Source: a virus (lineage: Duplodnaviria > Caudoviricetes). Taken from it: DNA of 64,000 nucleotides. Both the position numbers and the translations under genes were made by a program. How positions within the stretch are numbered: position 1 is the stretch's first letter; each line of letters starts with the position of its first letter. Positions 57,152-64,000 of the stretch are shown here, piece after piece. The stretch is taken from positions 96,001 to 160,000 of IMG/VR virus record IMGVR_UViG_2595698595_000001. One strand, written 5' to 3'. The notes under the pieces are model-generated. The model was not told where the DNA came from. It saw only the letters and a program-made list of their open reading frames with translations, and did not search any database.

Positions 57152-57970
57152 ATGACCCAACGATTAGATAAATTTCTCTATAACGGAGAAGTATATGACA
57201 AAAAGAATCATTTCGTATTCACAACGATAGTTGATAGAAATGGATTCGCTTTGACAAAATATCCATTCATTCAAGAATACTTTACAAGAATTCATGACTT
57301 TATCAAAAATGACACTCAAATCATTTGCGATAGATACGCATTCGATGATTCGAAACTTCATGAAATTCTAACATCAAATTTCTTCAGAGTAGTACATTCT
57401 AAGAAAATACTAGAACATTGGAAAGACCCTGAAATGGAACGTGCTAGAGTTCCGAAAACTAATCATATGTTCTTCAAAAGTTTAGCAGGTGCTTTACATT
57501 CGACTGAAGAATATTTCGATGGAATCATTTGGTTCTTTGGTAATTTCAAAATGTTTGAAACTATAGCACCAATGATAAACCGAGTTTTTATCGTAAGACT
57601 TAACTGTGATTTTGGTGAATTATGTCCAGAACTTCTAGACATTGACGGTGTTTATGACGAACATCTTTTCAGTAGTTTCAATCTTACTCATAAGAAAATC
57701 ATGGAATCTGAACAATCCATCGAATGGGTTAAAACTATGAATAAACCTGTCGAAACTCGTGTAGAGGTTGTAAGTGAACATATGAAACTTGTAACTAAAG
57801 CTGCTGATGTTCGTGAAGAACGTAAAGACATTCCAATGTTTCATGATTATCAATTCGAAGAATATGCATTAACTTCTAAATTTAAATTGTCTCGTAAGAG
57901 ACAGAAAGAAGTTGAAGCTCGTAAAGAAGCAAAATTACATGAATCCGAAGAACTTCAAGAAATCGACTAA
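57152..57970 (+). CDS. Degenerate DHFR-fold protein
   Basis: FVFTTIVDRNG, TQIICDRYAF, IWFFGNFKMF...INRVFIVRL follow DHFR element order; promoter GGAAAC-N17-TAATAT at 57088. Confidence 0.45.
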   Translation: MTQRLDKFLYNGEVYDKKNHFVFTTIVDRNGFALTKYPFIQEYFTRIHDFIKNDTQIICDRYAFDDSKLHEILTSNFFRVVHSKKILEHWKDPEMERARVPKTNHMFFKSLAGALHSTEEYFDGIIWFFGNFKMFETIAPMINRVFIVRLNCDFGELCPELLDIDGVYDEHLFSSFNLTHKKIMESEQSIEWVKTMNKPVETRVEVVSEHMKLVTKAADVREERKDIPMFHDYQFEEYALTSKFKLSRKRQKEVEARKEAKLHESEELQEID

Positions 57971-58024
57971 TAGTAAAGAACTATTAGTCTTCATAAATGG
58001 TAAAATCCAAATAATCAAAAACAA

Positions 58025-58744
58025 ATGAACAAACAAACTAATCTCCTGTTTGACGACAGACAAGACTTAGCTAAATCATTGGAACATAGACTGACCAATG
58101 TGAACAACCAACTTAACCAATTTGTAGCTGAATTCCGTAAACTTGTACAAGACCCGCAAAGTAATGTATTACACATGTTCGATATGATTATCAACAAAAA
58201 TGATAGAATCGATATCGATCATACAATCTATTTATGTGGTATCGGTAAGAACATTCCATCACTTCGTAAAGCTTCAGCAACTTTTAAATCGTTAGGTCTT
58301 AAATGTGAAGTACTTGACGCAGTTGATGCTTTACATGGTGATTTAGGTTGTATCAGGGATTATGATACTGTAATATTCTTTTCGAAATCTGGTAATACTT
58401 CAGAATTGTTAAGAACTATGCAATATTTAGATTCCATAAACACTGTAATTGATGGTGAAAGTTCTGTATCGAATAAATCTATTTGTATAGATATGTTTGC
58501 AGTTTCAATGAATAGCGAATTCGATTCAGGTTTTGAAAACTTCAAAACCATCAATCATGTAGTATTACCGAAAACCGGTGAAGCTGACGAATTCAATAAA
58601 GTCCCAACCACTTCACCGATAGCCTTCCAAATCTTCTTAGACATGTTAGCTTGTGAATATGCTTCTGTTTATGATTTGACTTTAGAAGATTTCGGTGGTA
58701 ATCACCCGGGTGGTGACATTGGAAAATTCATAAACAAAAACTAA
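58025..58744 (+). CDS. Arabinose-5-phosphate isomerase-like SIS protein (KdsD/KpsF family, no CBS domains)
   Basis: CGIGKN, ATFKSLG, DALHGDLG, SKSGNTSEL, PTTS, F..NHPGG.IG. Confidence 0.85.
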   Translation: MNKQTNLLFDDRQDLAKSLEHRLTNVNNQLNQFVAEFRKLVQDPQSNVLHMFDMIINKNDRIDIDHTIYLCGIGKNIPSLRKASATFKSLGLKCEVLDAVDALHGDLGCIRDYDTVIFFSKSGNTSELLRTMQYLDSINTVIDGESSVSNKSICIDMFAVSMNSEFDSGFENFKTINHVVLPKTGEADEFNKVPTTSPIAFQIFLDMLACEYASVYDLTLEDFGGNHPGGDIGKFINKN

Positions 58745-58749
58745 ATACC

Positions 58750-58947
58750 ATGTCAACATTTTTAGAACGACTGATAACAGAACAAAAGGAATTGTCTGAA
58801 AAGATTTCTAAGCTTCATGATTATATTTCGAATAATTCACATTTCGAAACATTAACTGAAAGAAATCAAGAATTACTTGAAGATCAATACGAAACTATGA
58901 GTAATTACAATTCAATTCTTTTAGAACGAATCAAAATCAATCGTTAA
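58750..58947 (+). CDS. Small coiled-coil phage protein (crAss001_48-like)
   Basis: ERL..E..EL.EKI.KL...LL..Q...M..Y..IL.ERI. Confidence 0.6.
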   Translation: MSTFLERLITEQKELSEKISKLHDYISNNSHFETLTERNQELLEDQYETMSNYNSILLERIKINR

Positions 58948-58950
58948 ATC

Positions 58951-58980
58951 AAAAGTCGTATCGAATAGATACGACTTTTT
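58951..58980 (+). terminator. Intrinsic terminator
   Basis: AAAAGTCGTATC-GAATA-GATACGACTTTTT. Confidence 0.8.
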
Positions 58981-58993
58981 CATTCTTTCAATT

Positions 58994-59416
58994 ATGAACA
59001 AATACGATTTCAATTGGGTAAGGGATGAATCCTTAGACACTTATGATGGTTATTATCATGCTTATATCGTTACTAGAAAGTTTGGAAACGTTAAAGCTAG
59101 ACTAGGAATAAATCTAGACCCTTACATGAATTGTTATGTTTCTTTAAGTAGTGGTAGGAAACGTAAGCAATTAAGTATTTACGAAGACAAACCTGAAAAG
59201 AATTCATGTGGAATCGAAATATTGATATGGACTAAGGAGGCTATGCTAGATTTCCCTATTTGGTTTAATGACCGTCATATCAATAAACTTAATTCTATGC
59301 TAGTTACAGGTTCTGATACTAGACGTTTCAAAATATACAAGCGTTATTTGATACCTCATGGATTCTATACACAAAAACAGCATGACGGTGGAATCTATCT
59401 GTTCAAGAAACTTTAG
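58994..59416 (+). CDS. Hypothetical protein
   Basis: 140 aa; TTTCAATTATG start. Confidence 0.6.
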   Translation: MNKYDFNWVRDESLDTYDGYYHAYIVTRKFGNVKARLGINLDPYMNCYVSLSSGRKRKQLSIYEDKPEKNSCGIEILIWTKEAMLDFPIWFNDRHINKLNSMLVTGSDTRRFKIYKRYLIPHGFYTQKQHDGGIYLFKKL

Positions 59417-59434
59417 TCAGTTTCTTAGTAATAT
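59406..59434 (+). promoter_or_regulatory. Early/middle promoter AGAAAC-N17-TAATAT
   Basis: Consensus spacing. Confidence 0.6.
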
Positions 59435-59466
59435 TCAATTATAAAAACTTAACAAAAACAAATTTA

Positions 59467-61197
59467 ATGGAGCATGTAGTTATATTGGCTGGTGGTCTTG
59501 GTTCTAGACTTCATAAATTTACAGCTAATCTTTATCCTAAGATTTTGATTTCGATGGGTAACGAAACTATGTTAGACAAACTTGTAAATTACTATTCAGT
59601 TTACAAGGATTTGAAATCGTTTAACATTGTCGTTTCGACTGAAGAAAATCAAAGACTTATATCTAATTATCTGAATCGATATCATTCTAACGCTTTCGGA
59701 AAAAATACAAAAATCGATGTATTACTTTACAAAAAGTTAGATGGTTCTTTCAATACGATTTACAACCTATTCAAGGGTCAGGGATTGAAGAATGTAGTAT
59801 TCAATTGGTCTGATATCATTCCAACATCACATCTTCAGGTAACAAAATTATTGACTAACGAATTCAAGATAATTACTGATGTTCAAAAACGTCATAGGAT
59901 GGGTATCGAATTTAGACAAGGTACAAGAACTTATGAAGTTGTCAAATATTCGAAAGATGATATGAAGGGTAACATTCCAGGATATTTCTTTATAGGTGAT
60001 TTCGATAGTATATTCGATCATGTATTCGTTGATAACTTAAGACTATATCATAATCTGTCACCAGAAATAGATTTGATGGATGCTTTAGAAGCACAAATCG
60101 AAAAGAATAGATGTATAGTTTCAACTAATGAAATAGATTTTATCGATATCGGAGATGTTGAAAAATATGAAAAATACATGGAAACGATATCGTTAGAAAC
60201 TAGATATTTCAATAGTTTAGAAATTACTGAAAATACAGTTCGTAAGAAAGCTTTAAACGAAAAAGGTATGTCAGTAATCGATAATGAATTGAATTGGTAT
60301 TCTACAGTTGGTAGATTCTTTCCAGATACTAAAAATCGTCCAGCTATTCCAAGAATTTCTAATATTCAAAAGAATTATGATTATCCTCAAGGTGAACAGA
60401 AATTTCATTCTATTGAATTTTCAATGAATCGTATTGACGGTAAAACTGTTGACGAATATCTTTGGAACGATCCTTTAGAAATGTATAATGTATTACGTTT
60501 ATTTGATACTGAGATTTCTAAGTTTCATAATATCGAACAATCGAATAAACCTGAAAAACGTTGGAATGAACATCATATGCATGAATATTTCAAAGTTACA
60601 TATCAACGTTTAGATGAAATATTCTTCATGTTACAAGCTGATGTACATCATTTCAAAATCGGTGATAAGATTCATAGTTTCAAAGGTGATACTATTCATT
60701 TACTTGAACATACTATGAAATATCTTTATGACGCTTATTCTAAATCTGAAGCTAATGAATGGGGATTGATTCATGGTGACCCAAACACTTCTAACGTAAT
60801 GATTTCTAATGATGGTACCGAAATGTTCTTTATCGACCCAAGAGGATTATTCGGACATTCTTTGATGTTTGGTGATATTTATTACGATTGGGCTAAATTC
60901 ATATATGGACTTCAAGGTTATTCTAGATTCAATTTAGATAAGACTTTCGAATTACATTATGACGAACATAGTAAAACTATGCAAGTAGATTTCTTCAAAT
61001 ATGGAATCTATGATATCGATACAGTGTTACATACTGTAAAACAGATTAGACCTGATTTAGATATCAAGCGTTTACGTGTTATCGTTGGTTTGATTCATGT
61101 TAAATTAGCACAGTACATAAGAAACAATCCATCAAAAATGTACGCAACTTATTATTACGGTAAATACTTATTAGAAACAACCTTATCTGAAAAATAA
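59467..61197 (+). CDS. Sugar-phosphate nucleotidyltransferase fused to APH/choline-kinase-like domain
   Basis: VILAGGLGSRL...PKILI, WSD, DIGD; RYFN, HGDPNTSN, FIDPRG, GD.YYD.AK. Confidence 0.85.
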   Translation: MEHVVILAGGLGSRLHKFTANLYPKILISMGNETMLDKLVNYYSVYKDLKSFNIVVSTEENQRLISNYLNRYHSNAFGKNTKIDVLLYKKLDGSFNTIYNLFKGQGLKNVVFNWSDIIPTSHLQVTKLLTNEFKIITDVQKRHRMGIEFRQGTRTYEVVKYSKDDMKGNIPGYFFIGDFDSIFDHVFVDNLRLYHNLSPEIDLMDALEAQIEKNRCIVSTNEIDFIDIGDVEKYEKYMETISLETRYFNSLEITENTVRKKALNEKGMSVIDNELNWYSTVGRFFPDTKNRPAIPRISNIQKNYDYPQGEQKFHSIEFSMNRIDGKTVDEYLWNDPLEMYNVLRLFDTEISKFHNIEQSNKPEKRWNEHHMHEYFKVTYQRLDEIFFMLQADVHHFKIGDKIHSFKGDTIHLLEHTMKYLYDAYSKSEANEWGLIHGDPNTSNVMISNDGTEMFFIDPRGLFGHSLMFGDIYYDWAKFIYGLQGYSRFNLDKTFELHYDEHSKTMQVDFFKYGIYDIDTVLHTVKQIRPDLDIKRLRVIVGLIHVKLAQYIRNNPSKMYATYYYGKYLLETTLSEK

Positions 61198-62186
61198 TGA
61201 AATTTAAAGGAACTGACCAAAAAACTTCAAGACTGATATTCACCGACTTCGATGGTATCTTCAGTCATGATATGCAATACTCATATATTGACAGAACTAG
61301 TAACGGTCCTGAGAAAAATGCAAAAACTGTAGCATTCGGTATTCGTGATGTTGTTAAGATTCTGAATTACGCTGGTTTCGAAATTCATATTGTTTCGGGT
61401 GATTCTACAGAAAAAGGTCAAGCTTTAACTAAGAAGTTTTTACATAACATTCATGTGGAATCTGTAAACTTTGTACCAACCGATCAAAAACTTGATAGAA
61501 TTCTTGAACTAGCTAATGGTAGGGATTTCATCTGGATCGGTGAGGACTTGATTGACTTACAAATCAAGGAATTCGCCATGAATTACATAACTACCGATAA
61601 CGCTCCAAACATGTTGAAGGAATTAGCTGATGCTAACTTTAGACAAGATTATTTTTGGCACGATTTGTTATCATATTTAATGAAAACTAAAATCTTCAAT
61701 GTTGTTGACGAAGATACACATTGTCTGATAAAATACGCTTTACAGAAATACATCAAACCAGATTTCTTCAAGTTAGTAAGTTACGGATTGATTGATAAAA
61801 ACTATCTAATCGAATCCTTAGAAACATATCGAGGTGTTGAAGAACTTAACGAAATCAAAGTTAACGATATTGAAGACTTCATGGATAAGATAAAAACTAC
61901 AGAAGTTCTAAAAACTGTACCAGTCTTTGGTAAACTCGATTTGATTTCATCTATGAAAGTTTTAGTCAATAACATTTGTAAACATGAACTTAAGTTTGTA
62001 TATACTAAGAACGTTCATTTGTTTTCAGACACTGTAAATATCGGTGACATATTCGAAGTTCTTTCATCATTAAGATTTACAGAATCTTCTAACAGTTTCC
62101 ACGATTACTATATCTACGGATTTACAAAAATCGTAGAAGGTAAGATTGAAAACATGTTAAACGAGAAGTTAGGAGCTAAATTCTAG
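61197..62186 (+). CDS. HAD phosphatase (KdsC-like) with C-terminal extension
   Basis: FTDFDGIFS, IVSGD, K, WIGEDLID. Confidence 0.7.
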   Translation: MKFKGTDQKTSRLIFTDFDGIFSHDMQYSYIDRTSNGPEKNAKTVAFGIRDVVKILNYAGFEIHIVSGDSTEKGQALTKKFLHNIHVESVNFVPTDQKLDRILELANGRDFIWIGEDLIDLQIKEFAMNYITTDNAPNMLKELADANFRQDYFWHDLLSYLMKTKIFNVVDEDTHCLIKYALQKYIKPDFFKLVSYGLIDKNYLIESLETYRGVEELNEIKVNDIEDFMDKIKTTEVLKTVPVFGKLDLISSMKVLVNNICKHELKFVYTKNVHLFSDTVNIGDIFEVLSSLRFTESSNSFHDYYIYGFTKIVEGKIENMLNEKLGAKF

Positions 62187-62262
62187 GAAACTATTATTAC
62201 AGTGTAGGTATTATACATATCTACTAATAATTAATTAGGGAGACATTTGATCTTGTCTCCCT
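62186..62262 (+). promoter_or_regulatory. Overlapping early and late promoter motifs plus leader hairpin before lysin-like gene
   Basis: GGAAAC-N17-TATTAT, TATACATA 62212-62219, AGGGAGACA/TGTCTCCCT 62237-62262. Confidence 0.55.
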
Positions 62263-62287
62263 TCATGGTTTCACTAAAATAAAAATA

Positions 62288-62923
62288 ATGTTTAGTTCAA
62301 AAAATGAAAAATCAGATCAGAAACACCCAATCTTAAAATTAATCGAATCTATAAAGAAATTCTTTGATTTCGATACAGTACTGTCAATTATTATAATGGT
62401 ATTCATACTATGGTTACTATTAGCTTCTAAAGGTTCAGCAAAGGCTGAAATGCTGTCAACAGATTCTGATATTGTTGACGTAAATCTCCCAGAAAAATTC
62501 AATGAAAAATCTACTTCAAGTAAAATCAAGAACAAAGAGGATTTGTATGTTTACATGAAGAAAGCTGGAATTAAGTTTCCTGAGCTTGTATGGTCTCAAG
62601 CTATGATGGAATCTGCTTGGATGAATTCAGCAGTTTTTAATCGTTCTAATAATCTTTTTGGAATGAAGAAATCTGGAAAACGTGACCATTTACAAATACA
62701 TAAACGTAACGATTCTTATTCACATTTCGAAACAATCAAGAAGTGTGTATTAGATTACAAGTTACATCAAGAACAAGTTCTTAAAATCGAAAACATTAAA
62801 AACGAATCTCAATATATGAGAAGGTTAATCAAAACTGGTTATTGTCCTGATGAAGGATATGCTAGAAAGATATTAGCTATTCGTAAGAATACAGATTTTA
62901 ACGAATTGAAAAAATCTAGTTAG
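62288..62923 (+). CDS. Membrane-anchored GH73 glucosaminidase/lysozyme-like peptidoglycan hydrolase
   Basis: TM segment; QAMMESA, NNLFGMK, Y..F......DY, GYC....Y. Confidence 0.75.
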   Translation: MFSSKNEKSDQKHPILKLIESIKKFFDFDTVLSIIIMVFILWLLLASKGSAKAEMLSTDSDIVDVNLPEKFNEKSTSSKIKNKEDLYVYMKKAGIKFPELVWSQAMMESAWMNSAVFNRSNNLFGMKKSGKRDHLQIHKRNDSYSHFETIKKCVLDYKLHQEQVLKIENIKNESQYMRRLIKTGYCPDEGYARKILAIRKNTDFNELKKSS

Positions 62924-62954
62924 TAATACATATTCAAATAAAAAATATACTATC

Positions 62955-63284
62955 ATGACCGAACAAGAAATTAATATTCGTATAGCTGAAGATAACAAGG
63001 TTATCAAACTTCAGGAAGAAACTGTAGAAACTCCAATCGTAAAGTATTACGAAGTTGTTAAAACTTCATGTAGTTCTGAGATTCTATTTTATGGTAATAA
63101 TCCAAAACTTAAAGAAGGTGATTTATTCGAATGTTCGAATTCTTTACAATCTAACGTGTTAGGTGTAAGTAAATGGTTACTACCGAATCATCTTGAATTT
63201 TCTGGATTGAATTCTATAGCTTTAGAATGCTGTCAAGAATTGACAGAAATGGAATACAAACAAAAATTAGCAAGACGTGATTAA
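62955..63284 (+). CDS. Hypothetical protein
   Basis: AATACATA at 62925-62932. Confidence 0.55.
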   Translation: MTEQEINIRIAEDNKVIKLQEETVETPIVKYYEVVKTSCSSEILFYGNNPKLKEGDLFECSNSLQSNVLGVSKWLLPNHLEFSGLNSIALECCQELTEMEYKQKLARRD

Positions 63285-63561
63285 ATCTTTTGAAGAACGT
63301 AAATCAGAATTTCTTCGAAATTTCAAAGATTTTAGATTACCTAATGAAGCTAATTACGATACTAAGATTCGATATGTTGTAGCTTACGAATTTCTAAACA
63401 ACATTATGATAAACCGTAATGTTAGTTTCGATGGTAATGTATTCAAACTATCTAACGGTATGATAGTAAACAAAATAATAGCATTACGAAGGGCTAAACC
63501 TTACGAACCTAAGAACGCTTTTCATATTACTAACGAAATTCTAAAATCTGGAAAACTATAA
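63277..63561 (+). CDS. Hypothetical basic protein
   Basis: 94 aa, GTG start. Confidence 0.5.
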   Translation: MIKSFEERKSEFLRNFKDFRLPNEANYDTKIRYVVAYEFLNNIMINRNVSFDGNVFKLSNGMIVNKIIALRRAKPYEPKNAFHITNEILKSGKL

Positions 63562-63938
63562 TGAAAACTTTAACAAAACTTTTTGAAAGTTCTATATATG
63601 TTGTTTCTTCAAAAGAAGCTTCTGAACAATATACCATGATTTCCGGTAACGAGTATGGTACGAAAAAGGGTATTGATATTTACGTAAATGACGTTTTAGT
63701 ATGTAAGACTAGAAAATATAAGATGTACATAGCTAAAGGCTACAGTCAAGTACTTAAAACTGTATCAGATACTGATTATGATCATAATAATTTAGCTAAA
63801 GCTTTGAACTCAGACGTCAATGTTGTACAAAAATACTTCAGGTCTGATTTTCATAATACTAGAGTATGGAATCCTGGTACTTATACAACAGTTAAAAATT
63901 TCAAAGAAAAGCTAGAATTCTTTTTAAAGCATAATTAG
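63561..63938 (+). CDS. Putative internal head protein with leader (MKTLTKLFES)
   Basis: Shared motif; late operon. Confidence 0.6.
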   Translation: MKTLTKLFESSIYVVSSKEASEQYTMISGNEYGTKKGIDIYVNDVLVCKTRKYKMYIAKGYSQVLKTVSDTDYDHNNLAKALNSDVNVVQKYFRSDFHNTRVWNPGTYTTVKNFKEKLEFFLKHN

Positions 63939-63942
63939 TAAA

Positions 63943-63988
63943 ACGAAACCCTCGGAAACTGAAACTTTCGAGGGTTTCGTAGTAATAT
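63943..63988 (+). promoter_or_regulatory. Stem-loop promoter cassette
   Basis: Same stem-loop as 6713; TAATAT 63983. Confidence 0.8.
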
Positions 63989-64000
63989 ACATTTATAACT

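Noticed and set aside
1384-62535. Short minus-strand ORFs in the track (e.g. 13684, 19589, 26543, 26987, 38046)
   Set aside because: Antisense shadows of well-supported + strand genes, with no motifs or promoters
6713-63988. Repeated GAAAC-containing hairpins as CRISPR repeats
   Set aside because: Copies are dispersed kilobases apart, with no regular spacers and no cas genes; each is followed by a -10 box
1-64000. Stop-codon reassignment, tRNA genes, introns or inteins
   Set aside because: Standard code gives dense full-length ORFs, with TAG and TGA ending conserved genes (folA, rmlA); no cloverleaf or interrupted conserved gene recognised by eye

Overview
64 kb of a very AT-rich, densely coding T4-related jumbo myovirus genome. 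All convincing genes are on the + strand except one gp15-like tail gene. The host is probably Bacteroidota (no Shine-Dalgarno sites, AT-rich starts, a C-N-K-E-E lipoprotein). The window holds the head module (portal, prohead protease, scaffold, major capsid), scattered gp2/gp4/gp53/gp15-like genes and replication/repair genes (gp32 SSB, UvsW, RuvC-like resolvase, DEDDh exonuclease, NAD ligase, DHFR). Highlights: (1) 17 otherwise unrelated late proteins share an N-terminal MK(T/S)(L/I)xx(L/M)(Y/F)E leader that resembles a capsid-targeting and protease-cleavage tag, a candidate large injected-cargo system; (2) a dispersed cytosine hypermodification set (dCMP-type TS homolog, dNMP kinase, A5P isomerase, NTP-transferase/kinase fusion, HAD, up to 6 glycosyltransferases, rmlBCA); (3) a probable -1 frameshift extension of the scaffold; (4) two promoter classes read from the sequence (TGAAAC-N17-TAnnAT and (T/A)ATACATA), including stem-loop promoter cassettes and start-codon-sequestering hairpins. 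No tRNA, rRNA, CRISPR array or IS was recognised. All family calls come from manual motif reading, not database searches.
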